Shown here in pieces: positions 1 through 13,609 of a stretch of DNA of 64,000 nucleotides; within the stretch, counting starts at the first letter, position 1; the number at the start of each line of letters is the position of its first letter. The notes beneath the pieces are model-generated. The model had not been told where the DNA came from and did no database searches. It worked only from the letters and a program-made list of their open reading frames with translations. The DNA is from Yuukianura sp. NJ FZ-2021. Its lineage: Eukaryota. The DNA is taken from positions 9,796,001-9,860,000 of the forward strand of contig CM102283.1 in assembly GCA_046563655.1 (NCBI GenBank). Direction: 5' to 3'. A program made the position numbers and the translations under genes.

Positions 1-304
1 AAAATTGACAAGTTAATGACAAGCTACAAAAAAGCTCAATAAAGTCGAGTTATTTTTGCAAATTTTAATCTTTTTGCAACTGTAAAAAAGCAAAAAACTG
101 TGTTAATTAACTTTTTGAATTAACATAACCTTGTGGAGGTCATGAGGTCAAGGGAGGAGGTTGTTGAAACCGAGGTTATAAAAAGCTTCTGCTCCAGTTC
201 CACTTCCTTCCAGTCCACATTTTCAATTCTTTCAAAAAATTAGTCTCTCCTTTCTAAAATTTCAAAATTTTGAAAAATTTTCTTGGAACAGTAAGTCCTG
301 GAAG

Positions 305-1425
305 ATGGGCGTTTGGATCAAGGTCAAGTTTTTTAAGACAGCAGCCGCTGCCCTCCTCTGTCTTCTTGTACAAGGTAACTTCAAAAATCAAAATTTTGAC
401 CTACGTTGACCTTTGACCTTTCAAAAATGCTTGACCTTTGACTTTTTCTGTTTTTCAGGCGTTGTGAGTGACCCTACTGAAAAATGTCAGCCAAGGAACG
501 AAACCTACGCAATTTCGGATTCTGCACAGTGCGACCTGTTCTACGATTGTCTCAAAAGCGGAAAACTGACAGAGCGCATGTGCGATGACGGATTCGTTTT
601 CTCCGAGGCCATCCGAATGTGCGACTATCCACACAATGTAGACTGCTCCAAACGTCCTAAACTTCGTAAGTTCTGCAGAAACTTAAAAAACTTTCAAAAT
701 TGTCTAAAATTTTGAAAAATTTGCAGAACCGGCGCAATCTACCGACACGAACTGCGAGCGACGCAATGGATTCTACCCGTTTCCGTCGGACATCTCCTGT
801 CAGAAGTTCTACCATTGTCTGGAGGGCGTGGCCTACGAAAAAACATGTCCCGAGGGGGTTATCTTTGACCACAGTCTGGGCACTTGCGTCCATCCCGACT
901 TGTCCCATCGCAAAGACTGTCCGGCGCACACTGTCCTCAACTTCAAATGCCCAAACATGAACCAACGCTTCTCTAAACTCAAATTTGGAGACCACGATCG
1001 TCATCCGCATCCAGACGACTGCAGGTAAACTTTTGACCTTTGACCTTTGACCTCATGACCTTTGACCCTGAAATTTAGTATTTTGTGCTAAAATGTGTGT
1101 AAATTGCAGGAAGTTTTACATTTGTCTGATGGACGGAAAGCCACGTCTTGGCGGTTGTCCCGTCGGGAAAGTCTTCAACTCCGAAACAGGATTCTGCGTT
1201 AAGCCGAAACACGCTCCAGACAATTGGTAAGAAACAGATGCAAATTTTCTGAATTTGAAATTAGCAAAGTGTTTTTGCAACTTATGCTAATTTATGCTAA
1301 TTTTGTGTTTTAGCAAGGACTACTACACGACTGGACCTGGAAAATTAGCCAACTTCGAACTGGAATCTGCCGAGACAGAGAAAAACGCAACCAAAACTGA
1401 AAAAGAAAAAGATTCCAAACAATAA
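305..1425 (+). CDS. Obstructor/CPAP3-family cuticle protein with three chitin-binding type-2 (CBM14) domains, obstructor-E-like; 5 exons
   Basis: Signal-peptide-like start MGVWIKVKFFKTAAAALLCLLVQ, then spliced exons (about 459-665, 727-1024, 1110-1226, 1314-1425) encoding three 6-Cys ChtBD2 repeats (CDLFYDC..CDDGFVF..CDYPHNVDC; CQKFYHC..CPEGVIFD; HPDDCRKFYIC..GCPVGKVFN). TATAAAA at 177. The start codon is less certain because a donor-like GTAAGT lies at 291. Confidence 0.9.
397..1068. promoter_or_regulatory. Clusters of TGACCT nuclear-receptor half-sites, mostly DR1-spaced (TGACCTTTGACCT), in obstructor introns
   Basis: TGACCT at 397, 407, 414 and 432 (intron 1) and at 1034, 1041, 1048 and 1056, plus TGACCC at 1063 (intron 3). 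Function is inferred only. Confidence 0.4.
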
Positions 1426-3483
1426 CCCGCTCAAAATTAATTTTAGTCTCCACAAACTCAATTTTTACACAAACTTTTTAGCTTTAGCATTTAGAATTTA
1501 CAAAATCAGGTTTTAAAGAAGAAACAAATAAAATTTTAGATTCATGAAACCAAAATTTCAAAGCCACATTTTCTTTTGAAAATGTGGTCGTTGGCCTTCA
1601 GTTGTGCATTTTTTTTTCAATTTTTTTAATTTTGAATTTTTCTTTTCAAATGTTAGTTTGTGAATAATTTTGAGTAAAGTTGTAAAATTAAACTTGACAT
1701 GAGAGTGGATTTGAGGTTTTATGTTTGTCGCATCATCATGTTTTTCCTGGTTAACAAATTCTGGTGCGGTTGACCTTCACTTTAAACCCAAAAGGTTAAT
1801 TAAAATTCGCAAACTTTTATTAGAGGTTATCTCCCTACATATCCAGTTGCGATAAACATAAAGTCTGGGTGACTTTACTTGTTGCAAAACAAACTTAGCT
1901 TATAGTTTGCTAAAAATCAAAACTATAAAGCGTCGTTGGACTGTAAACCATAAACTGTAAGTCAAATATTTTAATTTTTCATTGTTTCTGCCAAACATTT
2001 ACAAGTCAAATCTTGTTTTGCAACTAACTTTTTTTTCTTGTAAAATTTTTTAACAAAACGCACCTAACTAGAGGTCAGTTTCTTCAAAACTTGTGGAATT
2101 GATTCAAAAAAAACTTTTCGAAATGACATTAGACGCCAAAAAGGCGCTTAATCTTTTCGACTTTTAATAACTTTTATTTTACGACTATGATTTTATCAGG
2201 ATGCTTTTTAAAGAGTTTAGAAAGTTACGAAAGTGATTTTTTAAAAACCGTTTTCCTTCTAACTTATTTTGACGAAGAGAGTGAAATGTGGCGGCAGTTG
2301 TCAACAAGAAACTAAGATTGCAATTGCAATCTCTGTCTAGCACGAGGTCAGAGGTCACCAGAGTGACCTCAGCCATGGACAAATTTAATGTTTTGAAAAG
2401 TGGACAAAGTGGAGTAGGTTGTTAGTTGAGGTGGAGCATGCAATAAAGTAATTGGGTTAGTTGTGATGATTGATCCAGAAGCCTATGAGGTTGTAGTTGG
2501 TAGTACTTACTTATAGTCTCCAGAAACTATTAGTCGTCCAGTAGTTGACATTAATTATACTAATGCAAGTGTAATTTTCAGCTGCTAATGAAGATGTGTC
2601 TGCTTAGTTAATTTCTACTTTCCTATGTAGTTTCTATCTTGGTCTGTGGTTTTAGTGTCCAAGTGGACCTCCCTCTCCTAAGTGGTTGGCAAATCGCTGA
2701 TACAATTTGTAAAAGCAGTCATTGGCCAGCAGTCTAAAGATCAAAACAGACTTTCCAGTTTCTAGTCTCTAAAAACATCTTGGACTGGAATAGTCCACTT
2801 TTAACTACTATTTATAAGTACTAGTTAGTTTTACTACTTTTAGTTTCGAGGTGTCACGTACATCACCAATCGACACTTCAAAATTAAAGTGGGAATGAAT
2901 TAAGTGATAAACATCTTCATTTCAATCACGCAACACTTTCTTTAGTCAACGGAACAAACAAACTCAAGCATCCGCCAAAAGTAAGACTTAACACAAGTAG
3001 CGCAACTTTTTTTTTAACATTTCATAACTAAAATGCCAATTGCAAAAAAAATCATTTTGAATTAAACAGTTGGTTAAAAGAGAATTTTTTTGTGTCAGGG
3101 TCATTTTTCTAGTTGTCTTAATTTTGACCACAACCAAGGTTAAATTTAAAAATCTAATCCGGAAGTTGTAGCGTGTCCAGCCTCAGTCAAATCAAAATTT
3201 CAACCACACAAATCTGTTCTACTAACTTTATGTAACTCATTTCATAGCACAATTGAAAGGCGTTAGAGCTGAAATATGATACTGTTAACATTACACTTTA
3301 CAAAAAACTGGTCCTAATGCTTTGTTTAGACTACAGTCCGTTTTAAATGTCAATTAAAATGACTAACAGAAACTACACAATTTGATTTCAGAGTTTCAAC
3401 CTTACTGCTTTTTGCACAACCGCCACGCACTGCACTTGTTCACTCAAGTTTAGCCGCTAAGTTTTAAAATTTAAAATTTCCAA

Positions 3484-6400
3484 ATGTCTGCACATCGAAA
3501 TTACCAGGACTCTACAATCAGTAGTAGAAGCAAAGGTATCAAAAATTCATGAAAGTTACGCACATTTTTTTTGTAATGGAACATATACATAACACTAACA
3601 AAAATTCGACACCAGAAAAATCCTATCTCATAACTTCAAAAAAATTTTTATTGATTATTAAAATATCAGAAAAATATTTTTGAGTGGTGCCAACGACATG
3701 CTTTTTTTGAACATTTTCATAGTGCCGTGTTTCAAGATGTTTTCGAAGTCGAGTCGGACGAGCACTGACCGAATTGCTTTGGGGGAAAATGAGAATGAAA
3801 AGGAAGATGTGAAAGTCACGACTAAAAAGAATCCTGACGGAAGTGTCATCACGACAACAACGACTATAAAGGTGACAAGATCTTTTAATAACGGGACACC
3901 ACAAGGCGCCAAAACAACTCCGATTAAATTAGAAACCGGAAAAGTGTCGACGGCAGAACAGCCGAAAGGAAGCATCATCAAAAAACCGAATGTTCCGACG
4001 ACACTCGAAGCACCGAGTACCGTACCGAAAGAGCCGAACCGAGCTCCGAGTCCGGCAAAACCGAAACCGACTAATAAATTCCTTGGCGCTGGAAGACAAA
4101 CTCCAGAAAGAAAAATTTCTCCAGCGGTGGATCCGGGAAATGAATCTCCCACGGCAGAAACTGTGAAAAGTGAAGGCAAAAAATTATTTGGGGCTCCACT
4201 CGGAAAAAACAGCAAATTCAAGACAATTGGCGTACGATGCCAAATTTCAAAATTTTAAAAAATTTAAAAATTCATGCCAAAATTTAAATTTGAGTGACAT
4301 TTTAGGGACCGGTTCGTAAAGATGTCCAGGATTTTGAGAACATCAAAAGTGAACTGGCTGGAACTGGAAAGTTGTTTGAAGATCCAGAATTCCCGGCTGC
4401 AGATTCATCCATTTTTTACAGCAATGCAGGACGAGTGGATGTTACATGGAAGAGGCCTCATGTAAAATTTTGAAAAAATTAACAATGTCAATAAAATTTA
4501 AACTTGTTTCAAAATTTTGAAAAACAACACAAGAGAATCCACTTTATGCATCATAATAAAAGTCTTGTGTCTCCAGGAACTTGTTGACAAGCCTGAATTT
4601 TTTGTTGGAGGAGCATCTCGTTTTGATGTTAATCAAGGCGAGTTGGGTAAGTCTCTTGTTTCAAAATTTTGAAAAAATCAACTTTTTTTTTCATTTTATG
4701 AACTTTTTATAATGCAACTTTTTTTTGAAACTTCAAGGTAACTGCTGGTTTTTGGCTGCTGTCGCTGGCCTCACGATGAATGAAACCCTGTTTTTCCAGG
4801 TTGTCCCAAAAGACAACAGTTTTGTGGACAGCTACTGTGGTGTTTTCCACTTTAGGTGCACTTAAAAACCAAAATTTTGAAAAAATTTAGAGAAAGAAAA
4901 ATTTTTTTTTTAACTTTTTCAAAATTTTAGGTTTTGGCAGTATGGGAACTGGATTGACGTTGTGGTGGATGATCGTCTTCCGGTTAACTACCGCGGAAAA
5001 TTGGTCTACATGCACTCTACAGAAAAAACGGAATTCTGGAGCGCTTTGCTGGAAAAAGCTTATGCAAAGTAAGCTGCGTACAACTTTTTTTTTAAATCGT
5101 TCTGCGCATGGTGACTTTTGTACTTTGTAGGCTTGCTGGTTCTTACGAAGCTTTGACCGGAGGTCAGGCGAGTGAAGCCCTTCAAGATTTCAGTGGCGGT
5201 TTGGTTGAAATGATTGACCTCAAAGACACGAAGCTGGACGTTCTCAAGGTCATGGAACAAGCACACGGTCGCCAATCGTTCATGAGTTGCTCACTCAAGG
5301 TAAAAATCACTTCAGGTTTTAAATTCACTTTTTAATTTCAGTTTTTAAATCCACTTTTTCGTTTTTCTGTGCAGCCAACTCCGGGTGTGAAAGAAGCACA
5401 ACTCGGCATTGGATTGGTTCGAGGCCATGCCTACTCTGTGACCGCTGTCCATCGAGTCGAAGTCAAAACACCAAACAAAACGGGTATTTCCACTTTTCAA
5501 AAAAATGATCAAAAAAAAATTTTGTTGAAAATTTTTTGAAAAAAAATGTTTTTGAATTACATGTAAAATTTCCCCTTCAGGCAAAGTTCCGTTGTGTCGA
5601 ATTCGAAATCCTTGGGGCAATGAGTTTGAGTGGAAGGGGGCTTGGAGCGACGGGTAAATTTTTCATCTTCACTCAAATTTTTATGTAAAAATTGAAATTT
5701 TAGTAAATTTTTGCACTTTTTTGAGGTCGCGTGAGTGGTCTTTGGTGTCTGACCAGCAGAAGAAAGAGATCGGATTGAGTTTTGAGGATGACGGAGAATT
5801 CTGGATGTCGTTTAAAGATTTCATGGAGTTTTTTGACACTTTGGAAGTTGTGAATTTGAGTCCAGATTCAATGTTGCCTGGAACTGAAATGCAAGGAAGA
5901 GCATGGAGCACAAGCTACTTTGAAGGAAGCTGGGTCACTGGATGCACTGCTGGAGGATGCACCAACTTCATCTCCAGAGAACCAAGTACAATTTTACAAA
6001 TTTTGAATAATAAAGTTAAGATTTTTCAAAATTTTGATTTTCTTTTTCAGAAACTTATGCTTGCAATCCTCAGTACATTGTTGAGTTTAACGAGGCTGAT
6101 GCTGATGGAGATCCCAGTAAATGCACAGTGTTGGTTGCCCTGATGCAGAAGAATCGTCGGGCGAAGAAGAAGGAAGGGGTGGGGGCCCTTTCCATTGGCT
6201 TTGCTTTGTATGAACTGAAGGACCCCCCTGAGAAGCTGCCAAGTCCCCTTGACCTCAACTACTTCCTGTACCACAGGAGATTCAATGACTCCGGAATGTT
6301 TCTCAACCTCAGAGAGGTCAGCGGCAGATTCGAGTTGACCCCAAAGGTCAAATACTGCATCATCCCAACTACTTTTAGTCCAAACGAAGAAGGCGAGTTT

Positions 6401-8268
6401 CTCATTCGGGTCTTTTCGGAATCCAAAAACAAAATGACGTAAGAAATCATCTTTAAGACTAGCAGAAAAAAAAACTTCAGTTTTTCGAATATTTAAAAAT
6501 TCAAAATTTAAGATTTTTCATACGACGTAAGGCATTACCTTATTAGCAAGTCAAAAACTTAAAATTTTGGACTTAAAAACTTAATTTATTTTTAAAATTT
6601 TTAACACTTTAAAATTTTTTTCCTTTTGCTGAAATTTAGAGAGCATGCTGGTGACATTGGAATGGGCAAAGTTGATGACGCGGTGAGTTATGAGTATAAT
6701 TTTTTGTTTGCGGAAAATGTTTTTGCAAAAATCGAACTTTTGTCACGCAAACCTTCATTTTCGCGTGCCAAAAATTGACATAGTCCAGACCATGACCATT
6801 TCTACGAAAGCGACCTTAAGAGTGACGATTACCGTTAATCAATAATACACAAAGTGTTAGACAATACAAAACAAAACAGAAACTTACATTTCAGAAATTT
6901 TTCAGACATTTCAGCAACATTTTTCTCAAAAAACTTTGTCTAAAATGGAAGGGAAGAAATTGACAAAAGTTTTAGACAATTTGAAAAGTTTTGGTAGATT
7001 TTTGAAAACTGTTCCAGAGTGTAGTCACTGCCTAAGTGACGTTTTAGTTGAAAAGCACTTATTAACTAGAACTATCACTGTGACTGAAACAACAACTAGA
7101 CACAAAAGTGACCTCCGACCTCTGCCTCTCCTTCCACTCACAGAATTTAGTGAAATTGGAATTCAGCACTACGATTATGAACTTTTAGAGCTAAAGTCAT
7201 TGTCTCCAGAAGTAATTGAACTGATCAGTTGTTTAATTCAGGTTGAAGAGAATACAAAAGAGGAAAACAAGGAAACGACAGAGGCTGTTAAAAAATTGTT
7301 CAACGAAGTGGCAGGACAAGATGAGGAAATCGGGTGGTTTCAACTCAAGAAACTTCTGGATTCGTACTTGCAGAAAGGTACAAAAAAGAAATCAAAATTT
7401 AAAAAAATTGCACGTTTTTGGCACAACTAAAACGTTCTGTTAGCAAAACACTTAACTTTTGGCCATTGATGTTCTAACTAATTCAATTAATTAACTGCAT
7501 GCACTCACGTCGGATCCAGTTCTCGGTAAGTGAAAAAAAAATTCTGAGAGTTTTGCACAATTTTTGTCATTTTTTAAAATTTTGCACCGTTTATGTTATT
7601 TTTGTAACTTTTTATGTCGCTCTTAACACAAGCTTTTACAGTATAAAGCTAGCTATGGAGGGGAGATGTTTTTTGGAATGATTTTTCGAAATTTTTCAAA
7701 AAATGTTTTTTGGAATTTTTTTTTTAACAGAGTTTGAATTTGATGGGTTCAGTCGAGAAGTTTGTCGTTCGATGGTGGCAATGGTGGACATGGATCGAAC
7801 TGGGAAACTAGGCCTGGACGAATTTAGTGAACTCTGGACCAGCATTCTCCGGTGGAAGGTCAATTTTTCACAAAAGAAAAGTTTTCAAAATTTGAAAAGT
7901 TAACATTTTTTAAAATTCCAGACCTGCTTCAAAATCTTTGATGAAGACGCTTCTGGTAGCCTGAATTCGTTTGAGTTGAGGAAGGCCCTTAACTCTGCCG
8001 GGTACTTGGTGAACAACCAAGTGCTCAAGGCCCTTGTACTTCGCTTTGGAGACGAAGATGGCTGTATCTCTTTCGAAGACTATATCATGTGTGCTGCCAA
8101 ACTCAAGGCCATGATAGGTACACTTTTTCGAAATTTCACTTTTACAAAATCAAAATTCAACTTTTCCAAATTTTATTTCCAGATGCATTCAAAGAAAAAG
8201 ACACTGATGGTTCAAACGAGGCCAAATTTACTTTATCCGAGTGGGTAGAAACGACACTGTATGCTTAA
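3484..8268 (+). CDS. Classical calpain (CalpA/CalpB-like): low-complexity N-terminus, CysPc protease domain, C2-like domain III, penta-EF-hand domain
   Basis: Catalytic triad motifs [12 protein letters not shown] (split by an intron near 4647-4737), GHAYS and [52 protein letters not shown]-hands [13 protein letters not shown] and [13 protein letters not shown]. Stop TAA at 8266-8268. Confidence 0.95.
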
Positions 8269-8739
8269 ATGTTCTGACTCTGACCTTTGACCTCTTCGGC
8301 ACTTGTTCAATAATCGACCATGTTTTTCAAAATTTCAAAATCACTTTTTCAATATTTCAAAAAACATATCATGTACTTTGTTGTCACTCCAAAATTTGAA
8401 GAATAGTTTGAGGCAGTTTTGAGAATTGTTTAAGTTCCTGGAAATTTTCCAAAATTTATTTTGTGTTTACTTAAAAAATTGGATAGTTAAGTTTAAGGGA
8501 TCAAAAATGGCGGCAATTTTAAAAATCTTAAAAAGTTGAAAAGGGACCTTTGAATTTGCCGCGTATTCCAAGTGTTTTAAAAAAATGAGTTATGGTAAGC
8601 GGAGATTTCGAATTTTTTTGAAAAGTATTCAAAAAAGTCCTTTTCAACTCTGACCTTTGACATGAATAACAGTCAAAACTTAACTAAATCTCCATTTTAA
8701 ATGTTAAACAATAAACAAAATAATTCCCGCGTCTCTTTT

Positions 8740-11700
8740 TTATTGTTTTTGTTGCGTCTGCGCCTGAGTGGGGGCAGCGTCTTCGTAGTTGTCGTAGTAG
8801 TAGTAGTCGTCATTCTTGTCTCCCGAGGCTGCCTTCGGTGGAAGTGTGGTCGTCGTAGTTGTTGTTCTAAAAAAAACTTAAAATTTAAAATTTTCGAAAT
8901 CTAAAACTTCAAAATTTGAAATTACCGCTGAGTAGTTGGTTGTTGTGTTGGTCTTTGTGGTTGGCGTTCCCTCGTGTTGGTACTCTGAACACGACTGCCA
9001 GTCTGGATGGATTGGGCGACTATTGGCTGCTGAACAACTTCTGGTTTCGGTTTCTGTGCAACTTTTTTGCGTGGAATCGGTTTTTGTGTTGCCGTTGACG
9101 ACGAACCGGTATCACCGGACAAACCGAGCAAAAGTTCGCTCTTCCGAATGCCTTTGAGTTCATCTCCATAGTAATTCTCACACCCTTCAACTCCCTCTGG
9201 ATCTGTGCATTGTCCAGAAAAGGCATCGCTTCCAATTTGATATACTGTTCCAATTGGACATCCGTATTCTCGAGGACTTCCATCTTAAAAATGGAAAATT
9301 TCAAATTTATCAAATCTCAAAGTTTCAATTTTTTCAAAATTTTCAACATTTTTTAAAAATTTGGTGATGTGTCTTACTCATACCGAGACAAATGTAATAT
9401 TTTCTGCAGTCTTCTGGATGGGCATGACGAGAGAAAGTGCCTGGATTCGGATTGTCTGCTGCATTTGGACATTTGAATCCACCTTCAGTCTCTGTCAACA
9501 CAAAAAAAAAATGAAAATTAAAAAAAAAAGTTAAAATTTTGAAAAGTAATTGCATTTTTTTGACATTGACAAATTGATATGATTGTTTGTTGCATTATGC
9601 AGAACAGAATAAAAGAAACGCTTTCTGGCCCTTAAGGGCTTCAAGAAAAGAAGAAAACACAATGCACTTTTGAAACAAAGATTGATGATGTCTTTGTGCT
9701 GTCAAATTCTGTATTGTTAAAAGACGCGCTTTAGGCGCGTATTTCTTTGAAGATTCTTACCAGTCACTTTGCATTCTGGAACTTGATCTTGCCACATGCA
9801 GACTCTGGCGTCTCTGTCATAAGCTAACCCTGGTGCGCATGTGTACTTGTTGGCTTCTCCGTTCCAGCATGACCAAAACGTGTCACATCGCTGCTCGTCT
9901 GGAAAAATACCGTAAAGACGCGGACAGTTGGCGGATCCAATCGGTGGCTCCAATTCAGTTCGTTCTCCGCACTCAACATTGTGCTGATAGTCGCAATTCT
10001 CATTCAAGAATTTGGCATCGGTCGCATCAAATGCTAAGCCGTTTCCACAAGTTTTGAGTGTGGCGGCAGAATTTTCACACTTCCAGTACTTGTCACAACT
10101 GCGATGATGTGGGTAGAATCCATACTCATGTGGACATTTGAACGACTCTTGCGCAACTACTGTAAATTGCACAAAATATGCAAATTAGACTAACTTTTAA
10201 CCTAAACGTATTCATTGTCTATCATAATTGACCAAGTTACGCAAAAAAGGATTTAACTCATGTGCAAAACCAAATACGAGTAGTTTCAGTTTCCGCAAGT
10301 GATGCAATGCGCAGTGGCAGCGGCAAACCTTAAACACATTGTGCCCATAACTCACTTTACTCCACAAAACGAAACAAGGAAGCTTTTTGTGCTAAAAATT
10401 TAGAGTCGTGCGCAGAAGTTGCCTCAATTCAAATCCTCATCGCCCTTCCCACACTTAAAATCCTCTCGAAATTGCATAAAACACAACACATATTTTATAT
10501 TTCAAGTTATGGGAGTCACAAAAACCAAAATGGCAGTAAAGGCTTAGCTTCTACCGCAAAAAGGTTCCCTCGAAAAAGTGCTTTTTGGGGAACCTTTTTC
10601 ATACTTCCTTACAAAAATTAACAAGAGAAAGCTTTCCCACCAACACAAAGTTTGTGGTCCACTGCTCAGTTTAGATTAAAAGAGACGCTTTTGTTCCGTT
10701 TCATATTGAAAATTAATTTTTGTAAAAGGCTAAATTTTAAAGAGTTCTCACAGTTTAGATTCAGTTGAGTGATTTTGAGTTGGAAATTTATCCTTCAATG
10801 CACTTTTTTTTATATCTCCTTAATCACTGAATTGAAACGAGCCAATTTTGAAAAAGTTGTTAATGGCTGATACTATCTCATTTTAATTGATGCACGTAGA
10901 CTCCGTGGGCTATGCATTTCAAAAAGGCGCCACAATTCCTTTGGCACTCTTTTTGAAAATTTGAGTGGTGGCGAAGTCGTGATGAATTTGTGTCGTGACG
11001 ACTCATCTTCATCGCTCATGTCATAATGCAACAATTTAAAAAATGAGAAACAACTGAGGAAGACACTTTTGAGTTGCATAAGATGCATGTTGAGTCAGAG
11101 TGACCGGAGGGGTGTTGGCGCATGCGCTCTTCCATCAATTCTGCACTTGCACAGACTACTAATTGCTCAGAATTGACAAAACGCCTTGAATTTAGTAAGA
11201 AGTAATAAATCAATAGTTGAAAAACTACTCTGCTTTGGTAGATTAGTAATTGAAGGTCTTGTGTTGAAGTGATTGACCCAATTCCAACGTTCACGCCCTT
11301 TGACACTTTGCTTTTTAATAACTTTTGAGGTTACGCTAATCAAAACAGAATAGTCTAACAGTTAAAAATGCTAAAGTGTAAGATGAATTAATTGTTAAGC
11401 CGGTTTTCCTTGAACAAAGTGTCACTGACTTGTTCTCACACTACTTGGGAAATTTAACATCTTCAGACCAATGTCAAAACAACTCCAACGCAAGTTTCTC
11501 ACTTTTAAAAGAATTATGACAAAGAATTTAAAGTGAAAGTAAGAATTTTAAATTCATTTGCAATGTAATTAGTAGACTTATTTTAAATTATTACATTGCA
11601 CTTATTACATTAAATCCGAATTAGGCTTTTTTCGTATTTTGTTTTCGAAACTTTTTCTAAATTTTGGATTCGTCTAACTGTGTTTTTGGAATTGTTTTGA

Positions 11701-12491
11701 AGGACGTAGAAAGTTTGGATCCGTTTTAAGTTTGTGGCTGATTTGATTTGGTGTTCAAAGTGTCTAATTTTGGAAAAACGAAAGTTGAAAAAGAAAAAGG
11801 GCGTTGGGGGCCTTGAAATTTTGAAATTTTGGTTTTGACCCAGTTGTTGTTTGAATCCTTGAGTTCCAATTTTATTGTTTTCCTCTACTTGCTTATCATT
11901 TGATCATTGTTTAATTTGGACTAATTTTGAATTGGGTTAACTTATGTGAGGTTAGTTTTTCAGTCTTATGACTTCAATCTTTTGTAGACCGAAAAAGCAA
12001 AACGATTAATATCTCTACCATCACATGTCCAATTACCGCCAGCCAAAAAATTTTTGAAAAAAGTGCATCTTTTTCCATTTGTCCACTACAGTTTCAACTT
12101 CTCCAATGCTTTCATTTAAAATCAAAATTATGAAATTTTGAAAGTTATATGAATATGAAAGGAGAAGCGGAAGTACAAAATTGTGCAGACTGACTACGCA
12201 TGCGTACTCAAATGAAAAGCGCGTAAAGAGTAATTAAAAAGGCGAGTTTTGATGCAAGATTGGCATCTCTGGGATTAATTAAGTAGAAAATTGATTAAAA
12301 CTTTCTCCACCTGGGGAGATAGGCTCCAATAACTATCAAATTTCAAATCAAACCACAACAATTACTCTAAACCTAAACTAATATTTGTAAAAACCAAAAA
12401 GTAGCTTTCGCCACTTCTAAACAAAAATACAATTTTGAAAGTACTTACCACTGTGAGCGACGAAGAGGAGAAAAACGACGGCCTGAATCAT
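8740..12491 (-). CDS. Gasp: Gasp / obstructor-C (CPAP3-C) chitin-binding cuticle protein with an extended C-terminal tail
   Basis: Exon 1 MIQAVVFLLFVAHS (12491-12449), then a 2.3-kb intron, then FKCPHEYGFYPHHRSCDKYWKC..LKTCGNGLAFDATD..CDY.HNVECGERTELEPPI..CPRLYGIFPD..GLAYDRDARVCMW.DQVPEC..FSRHAHPEDCRKYYICL..REYGCPIGTV, matching Drosophila Gasp as I recall it. Confidence 0.93.
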
Positions 12492-13267
12492 GGTCGAAGT
12501 GGACCAGCGCCAAAATTCAAAATTTAGAAAACCGATTGATTGTTGCGTTGATAGTGGAATGCACACGACTGAAGATGTTGTACAAAGTTACACCAGTTGG
12601 ATTACATAAACCTGACGAGATTGGTTGAAAAGTGACCTGTCAGCAGAAGGGGGAGAATTTGAATATATCGACAATGGATGTCACTTTCGATCCACCAAAA
12701 CTTATGGTCCCTACTGTATATTTCAACTTTTAAAGGGGTAAGGCCCTGTGGGGGATGATTGTTAAGAGCAGAAAAAACTTTCTCAAGACGCCACAATAAC
12801 CAAACTGACCGATTTCTACATCCAACTTCTCCAATTTATATCAAGGGAAACAAATCAAAAGGCCTTAAGCCATGTACGAATACTCGAGTCTACTTAATCA
12901 TCGCATAACGTGAATTATAACATAAAGTTATAAAAGTTATAACATTTATAAAAGTTATAACTTTATAACATAAGCGTCACTAACCTACAAACAGAGGGAA
13001 CTAAACTTTAGCATCTCAATGTTTTATGATCCTGTTGAGACTGTTTCCGTTTCCGCTCTTCTTACAAAATGTCATTTTGAGTAGAAAAGTGAGGAATGGG
13101 AATTAAGCTAACAATCCAACACAAGTTGATATATTAACAATAACTTTGTGTATTTATAAAAAGACGTTTAGAGGTATAAATTAAATGCTTACGGAAGATT
13201 TACCACGTCAAATAATACGATATAGACCTTATTTCTGGCAATTTGAGGAAGCTTTTACAGCTTCTTC

Positions 13268-13609
13268 TTAGTCAGCCAGAGTTGGGACGCCGCCGGCCAT
13301 GCCTTTCCCGTCACAAGCCACGATCTTCACTTTATCGACTTTGGCCAACTCATGAACCTCACGGAATTCAACGTCGTTGAGAAGGAACGTCCACACGTTG
13401 TCGCAGAAGCGATAGGTGTGCAGTTTTCCAGCCTTGAACGTGAGTCTGGACTTGACGCGGCTGGACAAAGCGACGTTCATCGATCGATCGAATTGGGTCA
13501 GGATTTTAGCAGCCAAGCTCGGAGTGATTTGTCCGAATGTTATCATTTCATCCAAAGACTCCTGCAGAGTGTGTCCCAACGTTGTGTTTCGATAGAGTTG
13601 ATACGCCAT
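13268..13609 (-). CDS. GTF2A2: Transcription initiation factor IIA gamma (small) subunit; intronless CDS
   Basis: [22 protein letters not shown]...[21 protein letters not shown]...[12 protein letters not shown] is the hallmark TFIIA-gamma sequence. The likely ATG is at 13609, inside ORF 13268..13744. Confidence 0.97.
   Translation of the reverse strand: MAYQLYRNTTLGHTLQESLDEMITFGQITPSLAAKILTQFDRSMNVALSSRVKSRLTFKAGKLHTYRFCDNVWTFLLNDVEFREVHELAKVDKVKIVACDGKGMAGGVPTLAD

Noticed and set aside
3658-4221. 187-aa antisense ORF over calpain exon 2
   Set aside because: It is a shadow of a Pro/Thr/Lys-rich sense exon and has no independent signals.
7520-7525. Possible 6-nt microexon (ttctcg) before a strong gtaagt donor in the calpain EF-hand region
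   Set aside because: It would preserve frame, but the acceptor lacks a pyrimidine tract, so it cannot be supported without reads.
12915-12973. TTATAA-based tandem/palindromic run; similar AT-only tracts at 41270-41355 and 58610-58657
   Set aside because: Simple low-complexity sequence with no spacer structure, so it is neither CRISPR nor a recognisable element.
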